From NCBI GenBank assembly GCA_021618535.1, contig JAJWAL010000001.1, positions 5,503-69,502 of the forward strand: a stretch of DNA of 64,000 nt, written 5' to 3'. The notes below the pieces were generated by a model. That model saw only the letters and a list, made by a program, of their open reading frames with translations, searched no databases and was not told the DNA's origin. Positions 52,495 through 61,573 of this stretch are shown here, piece after piece; the stretch's first letter is position 1; every line of letters starts with the position of its first letter. The stretch comes from Segatella copri. GTDB lineage: Bacteria > Bacteroidota > Bacteroidia > Bacteroidales > Bacteroidaceae. Position numbers and translations under genes: made by a program.

Positions 52495-52677
52495 AATTGT
52501 CAATACATGCAATTGGTAAAGCAAAAAGAAGTTTACTCCTACTTTTCCCAATTCTTCTTCCATCATCAGTAAAGTTTTTAGCGAAATCGGGCTATTTTTC
52601 TTTATTTAACTCCGAAATAGAGTGGAATATCAGAGAAAATCTATAAATTTGTACCCAAATACAATATTTTGTAAAAA

Positions 52678-52779
52678 ATGGAAGATAGAGAACTGTTACT
52701 GAAAAGTGACCCGGAGTTTGACCGTCTCGCCTTTACTGTGTTCTCATAGATAATTCAGCTCGGCATCGGCATGAATAAA
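52678..52779 (+). pseudogene. Probable gene remnant resembling a DUF3791 N-terminus
   Basis: MEDRELLLKSDPEFDRLAFTVFS* after TAAATTTG box; restoring one base would give F-C-I-D-N, recalling the FxxFCIE motif (from memory). Confidence 0.35.
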
Positions 52780-52789
52780 AATCAAGAAA

Positions 52790-53929
52790 GTGATGGAAGC
52801 AAATAATAATAAGATAACTTGCCCGAAATGCAACTCGCAGAATGTGCAATCCGAAGGGATGATTCATCTCTGCATGGATTGTGGATATAAATGGGAGGAT
52901 GAAGTGCAGACGGATTTGGGCGAAATGATTATTTACCAATCTGATGAAGGTGTAAGACTTGACGTGAGATTGGAGAATAAAACCGTGTGGTTGAATCAAG
53001 AGCAAATAGGTGCTTTGTTTAATAAAAGTAAAGCAACTATTAGTGAACATATTTCCAATATTTTCAAAGAAGGAGAATTGGACGAAAAAGTGGTTGTTCG
53101 GAAATTCCGAACAACCACTCAACATGGTGCTTTAGAGGGGAAAACGCAGAGTAAAGAGGTAAAATACTACAATCTTGATGTTATTATCTCTGTGGGGTAT
53201 CGTGTAAAATCTATTCAAGGTACACGCTTCCGCCAGTGGGCTACAGAACGACTCCATGAATATATTGTGAAGGGATTTACAATGGATGATGAGCGACTCA
53301 AAAATATGGGTGGCGGCAGTTACTGGAAAGAACTGCTAGACCGCATTCGTGATATTCGCTCTTCAGAGAAAGTACTTTATCGTCAGGTTCTCGATATCTA
53401 TGCTACAAGTGTTGACTATGATCCACGGACTGATGCCTCGAAGCTATTCTTCAAGATAGTGCAGAACAAATTGCATTATGCAGCCCATGGACATACTGCT
53501 GCTGAGGTCATCTATGAACGAGCTGATGCCGAACAACCATTTATGGGTTTGAAAACTTTTGAAGGGGAATTACCTGCCATCAAGGATATAAAGATAGCCA
53601 AAAATTATCTGGATGAAAACGAACTGAAGATTCTCAACAATCTTGTTTCCGGATATTTCGATTTTGCAGAAATCATGGCTCTGGAACATCGTCCTGTCTA
53701 TATGATGGACTACGTGAAACAGCTCGATACCATCCTGCAATCTACAGGACGTCCATTGCTGAAAGGTTCTGGTAGCATCAGCCATCAGGAGGCTATGGAT
53801 AAGGCTTTGGCAGAATATAGAAAGTATCAGGTTAAAACCTTGACCCAAGTAGAGGAAGATTATCTGGATTCTATCAATGCTTTGGGTAAGATTGCAAAAA
53901 GAAAGAGAAGACAGAATGGGGAACAATAG
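52790..53929 (+). CDS. RhuM-family protein with N-terminal zinc ribbon
   Basis: CPKC...CMDC then TVWLNQEQIGALF, YNLDVIISVGYRVKS, FRQWAT, RIRDIRSSEK, VQNKLHYA. Confidence 0.88.
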   Translation: MMEANNNKITCPKCNSQNVQSEGMIHLCMDCGYKWEDEVQTDLGEMIIYQSDEGVRLDVRLENKTVWLNQEQIGALFNKSKATISEHISNIFKEGELDEKVVVRKFRTTTQHGALEGKTQSKEVKYYNLDVIISVGYRVKSIQGTRFRQWATERLHEYIVKGFTMDDERLKNMGGGSYWKELLDRIRDIRSSEKVLYRQVLDIYATSVDYDPRTDASKLFFKIVQNKLHYAAHGHTAAEVIYERADAEQPFMGLKTFEGELPAIKDIKIAKNYLDENELKILNNLVSGYFDFAEIMALEHRPVYMMDYVKQLDTILQSTGRPLLKGSGSISHQEAMDKALAEYRKYQVKTLTQVEEDYLDSINALGKIAKRKRRQNGEQ

Positions 53930-53973
53930 TGGTGATGAAGTATGATTATTATACGAAAATGTTTTGCTGTTTT

Positions 53974-54076
53974 TATTACCACATTTACCACGCTTTGTGT
54001 AACTGGTTGATTATAAGAGAATAACGCGTGGTAATAAGTGGTTTTTCTGTTACCACTTAATACCACGCGTTACCAC
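53974..54076 (+). repeat. Left arm of ~105-bp imperfect inverted repeat (TTACCAC iterations)
   Basis: Colinear with reverse complement of 57073-57177. Confidence 0.75.
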
Positions 54077-54113
54077 GCCTTTTTTATGAGAAAATGAGAT
54101 AAAAAGGAATGGA

Positions 54114-56182
54114 CTATTTCCTAACTACCAGATACTCAGTGCCGAACCTCGTTTTCTTGCTCTGCAAACCTTCGATATTCTGGAGTTCTCTGCCCAATCT
54201 CTGTATGCTCGAAACCTGGAGAGAAGAGCCGAATTTCTGCTTTAAAATGTCGAAAATGGCGGCTGTTGTGAGATATTCGCCCTCTTTCAGGTCGTTTGTA
54301 GGCTCGAAAACCTCCAAAAAACATTGCTTGATAGGCGAAATCTGCTCAAACTGCTTGTTGCTCTGCATGATGATGGCGGTTTCCTTGGCATCGAAATAGG
54401 ATTTTTCGCCATGCTCCAGGGCTTGCATCGCCTGCGCATAAAGCTGCTCATAGTTCAGTCTGCCACTCACATCTATCGGCCCCGTCAGCTCTACACCCAG
54501 GAATCGGCGGTTGCCGGATGGGTCGGAAAGAATATCGGTCATGTTGCTCGTGGCGATGAAGGAGGCTAGACGAGGGAATTCCTGTACATGGCTTCCGTAT
54601 GGCGGCTTGATTTTCACCGTAGGCAACTGCAGCAGATTCTTCAGAAAACCCTGCTGAACCTGTGGCGAAATCTGGTTGAACTCATCGAGATTGATAAGCA
54701 GAAATTGTGACATCGCCTGCAGTACCTGACGCTTTTCTGACAGAATCATGTTGTCGGTGAAGCCCCACGATAATTCGGTAGGAATGAGACGGCGGCAGAA
54801 GGTGCTCTTGTTGTAACCCTGCTTGGAAATGAGCAGCGGCATGGTGCTGTTGCCATATTGACGGCGATACATGCCGCGCCACTGGTCTACCATTCCCAGG
54901 AACCAGGTGTAAAACCAGTCTTCCCAATAAGGATTGTTGGTGGGTACGGTTCGTGCCAGGGCACGGATGCGGTCTTTGCCGTCCCATTTTCCCAGACAGT
55001 CATAGAGATAAGACTCTATCGGACTATAGTTTCTGATGCGGTCTGACTCCAGAAAATTCCTTACATCCTTGATGCTTACGTGGATGTCGGCTATCTGAAC
55101 ATCCAGCGTCATGCTTTTCTGCACACGGGCATCCACCGGTCTGAAATCGCCAACCCACGAATTGTTCGGGCGGTATTCGGTATATTTCATCACGGTGTTG
55201 TAGCGGAACTGGTACCGGCTCTCCAGGTATCTGATCATCTGCAGAATGTCGGCACGGCCCTTTCTGCCTGAGGCTGATTTCTCCGTCTTCCTGTCATTGG
55301 AATGGGTATCGTAAGCGGTGCCCACTATCTGGCGGAGTTTCTCTTCTGTCACATGTCCCCAGTTGTTGCGGCGGATGTGGATGAAAGCTTCTTCTTCGCT
55401 GAGGCCCATGATGCAGAGCTTGGTGGCGATGGCTGAGAAACCGGCAAGGTATCGGTCTTCATCGTTCTGCCATGAAATGTTGGCTTTTTTCATTTCTTCC
55501 TTCGTCTCTTCTGCTGCCTTGCGGTAGAGAAATTCATAATCATCGTATGTCTTCAAATCGTCTACATCCTTAGGGGCTGAGGCTACCTTCTTCATATTTT
55601 GGGAGATGCGCATTGCCACTGCCTTGCTGTTATAATAAGGTGAAGCATCCAGCGTGAGCATGAAGTTGGATGCCAATGATGGCTTTTCGGGTTTGATGGC
55701 TGCCTGTACCTGCGACTGGTAGAGCGTCTTCACCTGTTCGTAGGCTGACTGGTAGAGTAATTCGGCGTCAGCTTCTATTGTCGGGATTTTTCCTTCTTCG
55801 TTGCAGATACTTACGAGCACGATGAGGCTCCTTCGAAGGCGGCGAAGGTCATCGGCAGCAGACTGGCCGTCTTCTTGACGGCATCTTTTTCCTGTTCCGA
55901 CATGAGGTTGATGAAGTGGAGCATCACCAGCCCGTTTGATTTCTGGAAGACGAGATTGCCGCTTTCATCCTTGCTGAATTCTGCGGCAGGATAAACGTGC
56001 TGCCATTCCTTGATGCCTTTGTAGTACTGGTAGTCGGCCTCCATGAGCGGCACACTCATTCTGAAATTGGTGACACTCAGCTTGGCGTCATCTTTAGCGA
56101 TGCGCTCCAGAAACCGTTCTATGTTTTTCGAACTGACCATCAACTTGTTCTGCTTGTTGATTCTTGTTATAGTAAACTTCAT
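54114..56182 (-). pseudogene. BT4734/BF3469-type N-terminal domain plus VirE/VapE P-loop protein, split by a frameshift near 55825
   Basis: ORFs 55811-56182 and 54114-55820 overlap in different frames; Walker-A-like SKQGYNKST, Walker-B LINLDEF, DPSGNRRF. Confidence 0.8.
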
Positions 56183-56227
56183 ATTTCTGTTAATTTATTG
56201 ATAGGGTGATGCTTAGGATTGCCGATG

Positions 56228-56390
56228 GTTTTGCCCAGCTTTGCCCAAGGCGTTGGGCAAATGTGCCCGACTATGCCGGGCACTCGTGCCCGTCGTCTCG
56301 GTCATCCGTGCTCATCGTGTTGGTCATCCGTACCCGTGTACATGGGTACGGATACTCATGTACACGGGTACGAGTGACCATGTACGTGGG
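56228..56390. repeat. About seven palindromic units at ~22-bp period
   Basis: TGCCC...GGGCA units grading into TACCC...GGGTA units between DUF6078 and the virE gene. Confidence 0.75.
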
Positions 56391-56416
56391 TTAAAATCTT
56401 TATCGGCGTGCGGCTG

Positions 56417-56863
56417 TTAATAGTTAACCTCTTCTGCATACCGGTCGAACCTCATGTTGGTGTATCCATGTTGCTGGCACCATTTCAGCACGTACTGCTG
56501 CTGTTCGGGCACGAGTCCTGTCTGTCCTAATTTATAGCGATAGTATGAAGTCTTGCTTCCGAAGTAGGAAGTCATGTGTACTCTGAAACTGGCTTCGTCT
56601 TTACGCTTCAGTTCTTCAAGAATATTCATAAAGCCGTATGCCATTTTCATCATCTGCAGCTGCAGGAAATGTTCGCACTTGTTGTCATGGTAGGCATCGG
56701 GATAGATGGCGTAGCCTTTGGTCTGTTCCGGTTTCTTGTAGGTTACGGACAGATAGTGTGCACATTCCTGAGCCAGTGGGCATTGCTGGTTAAAGCAATA
56801 GTCCCATGAGTTGTAAGCACTTTCTTTGTTGAAGTAGAGTCTGACTAAATCTGCTTGTGTCAT
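56417..56863 (-). CDS. DUF6078-like Cys-rich protein
   Basis: YCFNQQCPLAQECAHY, CEHF, YFGSKTSYYRY, LVPEQQ; probable start MTQAD at 56863; TATTTTTG box upstream. Confidence 0.7.
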   Translation of the reverse strand: MTQADLVRLYFNKESAYNSWDYCFNQQCPLAQECAHYLSVTYKKPEQTKGYAIYPDAYHDNKCEHFLQLQMMKMAYGFMNILEELKRKDEASFRVHMTSYFGSKTSYYRYKLGQTGLVPEQQQYVLKWCQQHGYTNMRFDRYAEEVNY

Positions 56864-57072
56864 TGGTTTTTGGGTTAAATGTGTATAAAGTGGTTTCACA
56901 GGAGTCGTAAGCTTCTAGGTGGAATCGGCAGGAATTTTTCCTGTTGGTTGCAAAAATACAAAAAAATGTTCGAAACCGCAAGCCTTTTCCTCCACTTTTT
57001 TAATGTTTTTCTGCGAAAACAATAAGTATTCCTCTGCTTTTTCGCTGAGAATCCCCCGTTTTTCGCCCGAGT

Positions 57073-57177
57073 GTGGCAATAGGTGGCAATAGGTGATAAT
57101 AGAAAATGCCCTTGTTGCAACGCTTAAATAGCTAAAAAACCAACCGGTTAACTTGAATCGTGGCAATAGTGGCAATA
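57073..57177 (-). repeat. Right arm of ~105-bp imperfect inverted repeat (GTGGCAATA iterations)
   Basis: Reverse complement aligns block-for-block with 53974-54076. Confidence 0.75.
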
Positions 57178-57343
57178 GTTTTAGAAAAACATTTCTCATA
57201 CATAGGCTTTCCTCTTTTACTAATAAATGTTATATTCTTGTTATAACTTCTTGAAATCATTTGTTCTCTCCCGAATTTACAGTACTTTTGCAGTAAGTAT
57301 CTGATTAAAGATTAAAAGTGAAATTTAAAATAAGGTATAGATT

Positions 57344-57955
57344 ATGCAATACAAGAATATCATATTTGATTTGGGAAATGTCTTGGTGAAGCTCTATCCG
57401 GAAGGATGCATCGGGGCTTTCAAGGCGATAGGAATGGGGGAGTTGGTTGAGCAGAATCCTCAGAGTGAGGGGATGAAGCTGATGAGCAAACTGGGTGTAG
57501 GAATGATTACTACCGAAGAATTCTGCGATGCGGCTCGTAAGTTGACAGGGAGTGATGTGACGAACGAAGAAATCATCGATGCTGCCAACAAGATGCTGGT
57601 GGAGATTCCTGATGAGAAAAAGGAGCGACTCCTGCAGTTGAAGAAGGCTGGTTACCGCCTCTTCCTCTTGAGCAATACCATTGATATACATTGGGATTAT
57701 TGCGTGGAGCATCTCTTCCCTTATCAGAACCATGGGGTAGAGGATTATTTTGAGCATTGCTTCCTCTCTCAGCGAATGCATCTGGCAAAACCTGATGCCC
57801 ACATCTATGAGGAGGTAATCAGGCAGGCGAACATCTATCCCGATGAAACTCTCTTCATCGATGATCTGAAGGAAAACTGCGAGGCTGCCGAGAAGCTGGG
57901 CATCCATACCTTCCAGAACGTGAAGCTCGATGATTGGCTTTCACTTCGATTCTGA
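57344..57955 (+). CDS. HAD-family phosphatase (YihX-like)
   Basis: IIFDLGNVL, LLSNT, KPDAHIY, FIDD motifs; TACTTTTG box at 57283. Confidence 0.92.
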   Translation: MQYKNIIFDLGNVLVKLYPEGCIGAFKAIGMGELVEQNPQSEGMKLMSKLGVGMITTEEFCDAARKLTGSDVTNEEIIDAANKMLVEIPDEKKERLLQLKKAGYRLFLLSNTIDIHWDYCVEHLFPYQNHGVEDYFEHCFLSQRMHLAKPDAHIYEEVIRQANIYPDETLFIDDLKENCEAAEKLGIHTFQNVKLDDWLSLRF

Positions 57956-57980
57956 CGGAAATGTCAGAATCGAAGCTTTT
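57944..57980 (+). terminator. Terminator overlapping the HAD stop codon
   Basis: CTTCGATTCTGAC-ggaaat-GTCAGAATCGAAG then CTTTT. Confidence 0.75.
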
Positions 57981-58006
57981 ATTCGTTGAATAATTTTGTG
58001 TTAATT

Positions 58007-58150
58007 TGCATTTTTTCTGATGAATAATCGTATGAACTTCACACTTTTTCTGACGAATATCTGTAGAAGTCCACACTTTTTCTAACGAATAATCAACAAA
58101 TTCCCACACTTTTTCTGACGAATAACCAAGGAAAAGCCGACTTTTTCTCT
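58007..58150. repeat. 20-bp direct repeats at 32-33-bp period
   Basis: CACACTTTTTCTRACGAATA at 58040, 58072, 58105; degenerate copies at about 58007 and 58138. Confidence 0.85.
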
Positions 58151-58255
58151 TTTTCCTTCAAAACTTAATATTTGTTATACATTTGGGATTATTCTCTTTT
58201 TCCAATAAAATGTTATACCTTTGTGGGCTCATAATAACTAACAAATAATATCAAA

Positions 58256-59395
58256 ATGAATTTTTATAAGACATTAGGACTGAAAAATAGTCGTATCGAC
58301 GTGGCTGATGCCTTGAGAGGATTGGCCGTAGCAGGTATTATTCTCTATCACTCTGTGGAGCATTTCAATATGTACGATGGAAGCATAGCGCATGCTTACA
58401 CGCTGGGGTGTGATGATTGGATGGCAGATGTGCTGGCATTGCTGCTGTCGGGAAAGATGTATGGCATCTTTGCCCTGCTCTTCGGATTAAGCTTCTTTAT
58501 CATGAATGATAATCAGCAGCAGCGGGGAAATTGCTTTTCGGGTAGATTTGCCTGGCGAATGTTCCTCCTGGCAATGCTCGGTATCGTGAACACCGCCTTC
58601 TTTGATGGCGATATCCTCTTCTCCTATGCCATCTATGGACTGGTTCTCATCCCATTGAGTTATCTTCCTACCAAATGGCTCTGGTGGGTGGTTGCCTTCC
58701 TCTTTATCCAACCGGTAGAAATCTACTCTCTCATTTCGGGATGGCAGGTGGATGCATCGGCATTGAGTGAGGTGTATGGAAATATGTATAATGGTCATCA
58801 GCACGGCACCTTTCTGGAGAATGCCTACAGTAACCTGCGATACGGACAGGTGGCTACCTATTACTGGTGCCTAATGAAGGGAAGACATACGCAGACCATC
58901 TGCCTTTTCGTACTCGGAATGCTGGTGGGCAGAAAGCGTTGGTTCTATAATGAGAACAACAACCTGGCTTTGTGGAAGAAGGTGCTGGCGGTTTCCATCC
59001 TGGTATTGATTGTGGGAGGCATCGCTGATGTGCGCCATTTGGAAACATGGAACAATTGGCTTTATCCTATCTACAACTTCTTCATCCTCTCGTTTGTAGT
59101 ATCAGGATTCGTTTTGTTGTGGTACGGAAAGGAATGGTTCAGAAAGGGATTGTCGTTCCTGCGCCAGTTTGGTAAGATGAGTCTGACCAACTATTTCCTC
59201 CAGTCTATCATCGGTTGCGGACTGTTTGCCTATTATGGTTTCAATCTTCAGACGAAGCTCGGCATCACCTACGCCTTTTTTGTGGGTATTGCCATGGTGG
59301 TAGTACAATGCCTCTTCTCCAACCTCTGGCTCAAGTATCACTCCCATGGTCCTTTCGAGGGAATTTGGAAGAAGCTGACCTGGATTAAGTTCTAA
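58256..59395 (+). CDS. DUF418 (YeiB-like) membrane protein
   Basis: RIDVADALRGLA, GKMYGIFALLFG, GDILFSYA, GKMSLTNY, GPFEGIW. Confidence 0.88.
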   Translation: MNFYKTLGLKNSRIDVADALRGLAVAGIILYHSVEHFNMYDGSIAHAYTLGCDDWMADVLALLLSGKMYGIFALLFGLSFFIMNDNQQQRGNCFSGRFAWRMFLLAMLGIVNTAFFDGDILFSYAIYGLVLIPLSYLPTKWLWWVVAFLFIQPVEIYSLISGWQVDASALSEVYGNMYNGHQHGTFLENAYSNLRYGQVATYYWCLMKGRHTQTICLFVLGMLVGRKRWFYNENNNLALWKKVLAVSILVLIVGGIADVRHLETWNNWLYPIYNFFILSFVVSGFVLLWYGKEWFRKGLSFLRQFGKMSLTNYFLQSIIGCGLFAYYGFNLQTKLGITYAFFVGIAMVVVQCLFSNLWLKYHSHGPFEGIWKKLTWIKF

Positions 59396-59459
59396 AACTT
59401 TAAGATTTTGAGATAAAAAAAGGTGTGTCATAAATCCATGATACACCTTTTTTTATCTC

Positions 59460-59805
59460 TTATTGATCCTTTCTGAATATTTTATCCACGACAATGGCGA
59501 TGGCGCCAGACACGATTTCCTTGAATTCCTGGAAGATGTTCTTCATGGTGCGGCTTTTTTAAATCTGTCATGCTCACTATAAAACTTTCATGATGTTCGA
59601 AGGTGGGCGCTGCGCCATGAGTTCCTGCTTCATATAATCCATGTAGGGCGCTACATGCTGATAATAATGGTAATAACCCGGACAGAGATAGTTGAGACCG
59701 GAATCGCCATACTTATTAATGCGGCTTATCAGAAGGTAAAAGTAGTTATAGGCATATCCTTCTTTTACGTGAAGTTCGATGATTGGCTTTCACTTCGATT
59801 CTGAC
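59460..59805. pseudogene. Mosaic of duplicated neighbouring gene fragments (symporter x2, anSME 3' end, HAD 3' end)
   Basis: 59460-59508~60323-60371; 59509-59555~60993-61039; 59562-59716=61559-61713; 59767-59805~57918-57956. Confidence 0.9.
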
Positions 59806-60071
59806 TTCTTATCATCTGACAGGAAGCCCTATCTTGTTACACACATAATAAAGCGAGAAAAATGATATATATAAATTATTGCCACAAAAACAACATATTC
59901 GATAGCAAAATGTCATTTTCAAGGCTAAAAACAAGTGGTTGACCCATATCAAGAAAGACATATTGCAATGATATTTCTCGGCAAAAGATGCCGTTATTCG
60001 ATAAAAAAGTGTTAACTTTGCACTCGTATTTAAGGAATAACAAATAATAAATTTTAAAAAGGTTAATAATT

Positions 60072-60212
60072 ATGATGACTATTTTTACAATGGCTTTCGC
60101 CGCAGTTATGTTTTCAGGTATGGTTCTTTGCATGGGCATGTTCTTGAAACACGTAGTAAACTCAATTCCAGAAATGACTAACATGAGCCATTCTGTTAGC
60201 TTGAGCAAGTAA
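60072..60212 (+). CDS. Small hydrophobic protein (46 aa), below the ORF-track cutoff
   Basis: MMTIFTMAFAAVMFSGMVLCMGMFLKHVVNSIPEMTNMSHSVSLSK; TAACTTTG box at 60013, AT-rich leader, hairpin at 60282. Confidence 0.6.
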   Translation: MMTIFTMAFAAVMFSGMVLCMGMFLKHVVNSIPEMTNMSHSVSLSK

Positions 60213-60322
60213 GAATAGAACATACGATATACATAATATATATATGAATCACTTTAGAAATAGAGAGATTAATATAAAGATGAGGGTGCGTCATAAGTCT
60301 GTGACACACCCTCTTTTGGTTT

Positions 60323-61483
60323 TTATTTATCCTTTCTGAATATCTTATCCACGACTATAGCAATGGCGCCATCGCCGGTTACATTGCAGGCGGTACCGAA
60401 ACTGTCCATCGCAATATAGAGGGCTATCATAAGTGCTTGCATATCAGCATTGAAACCTAAAACTGAGGCTAGCGGACCTAGCGCTGCCATGACGGCTCCT
60501 CCCGGAATTCCCGGAGCTGCTACCATGCAGATGGCGAGCACGAAGATGAAGTTGAGAAAGAGGGGAAGATTGCACGGCATACCATTGATGAGACAGATGG
60601 TGAGCGCACAACAGGTAATCTTCATCATTGATCCCGAGAGATGGATGGTGGCACAGAGCGGAATGGTGAATCCGGCAATGCCATCGGTGACGCCGTTTTT
60701 CAAGGTCTGCTTCAGAGTTACCGGAATGGTGGCTGCTGATGATGATGTGCCAAGTGCCGTGAAGTAGGCTGGCAACATGTTGAGCAACAGCTTAAAAGGA
60801 TTCTTGTGGGACAAGCCGCCAGCCAACAGATATTCGTAAAGTAAGATGACGATATGAAGTACGAGAATCACGAGGATAATCTGTGCGAAGACCAGCAGAA
60901 TGTGGTAGGCTTCGCCGGAGAAAGTCATGCCCAGGAAGATGCCGAAGATATAAAGGGGCAGTAGGGGAATGATGACTTTGGCAATGACACCTGATACGAT
61001 TTCCTTGAATTCCTGAAAAATCTTCTGCATGGTGCGGCTGCCTTTGTGGGCAATGCCCAATCCAGCTATGAACGAGAACACAAGTGCACTCATCACATCA
61101 ACCATGGCTGGTATCTTGATTTCGAAGAAGGGTTTGAGTTCTTCTGCCTTATCTACTGCCACATGCGCAGAATTGGCAATCATGTGTGGAAAGAGTGCCG
61201 AACCTGTACCATAGGCTAGCAGACCAGCCAGGATGGTGTCGGCAAAGGCGATGCCCACGGTGGCAAGAAGGAGTTTTCCGGCTCCGTGACCGATGTCGGC
61301 AATGGCTGGTGTTACGAGACCGATGATGATGAGCGGTATCATAAAGCCCAGAAACTGGCTGAAGATGCCGTTGAAGGTGAGAAACGCTCTGACGGCCGCT
61401 TCATTGAAGAAATTGCCGAAGATTACACCCAACAGGATGGCAATGATGATTCTTGCCAATAGTGGCATTTTGATTCTTTTCAT
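60323..61483 (-). CDS. Dicarboxylate/amino acid:cation symporter (DAACS family)
   Basis: TSSSAATIP, PLCATIHLSG, APGIPGG, DSFGTACNVTGD; probable start MKRIK at 61483. Confidence 0.92.
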   Translation of the reverse strand: MKRIKMPLLARIIIAILLGVIFGNFFNEAAVRAFLTFNGIFSQFLGFMIPLIIIGLVTPAIADIGHGAGKLLLATVGIAFADTILAGLLAYGTGSALFPHMIANSAHVAVDKAEELKPFFEIKIPAMVDVMSALVFSFIAGLGIAHKGSRTMQKIFQEFKEIVSGVIAKVIIPLLPLYIFGIFLGMTFSGEAYHILLVFAQIILVILVLHIVILLYEYLLAGGLSHKNPFKLLLNMLPAYFTALGTSSSAATIPVTLKQTLKNGVTDGIAGFTIPLCATIHLSGSMMKITCCALTICLINGMPCNLPLFLNFIFVLAICMVAAPGIPGGAVMAALGPLASVLGFNADMQALMIALYIAMDSFGTACNVTGDGAIAIVVDKIFRKDK

Positions 61484-61573
61484 ATTCGTAAAATTGCTTT
61501 TTGCCTGCAAAGGTACGATATTTCTGACTTTTTTCCAAGTATTTTGCTGTTTTTTTAGAATCTGTCATGCTCA

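Noticed and set aside
43400..57200. Calling the island a prophage or ICE
   Set aside because: No integrase, relaxase, conjugation or virion genes and no flanking att direct repeat seen
59876..60223. 115-aa minus-strand ORF
   Set aside because: Antisense to the better-supported 46-aa ORF and runs through its AT-rich promoter region
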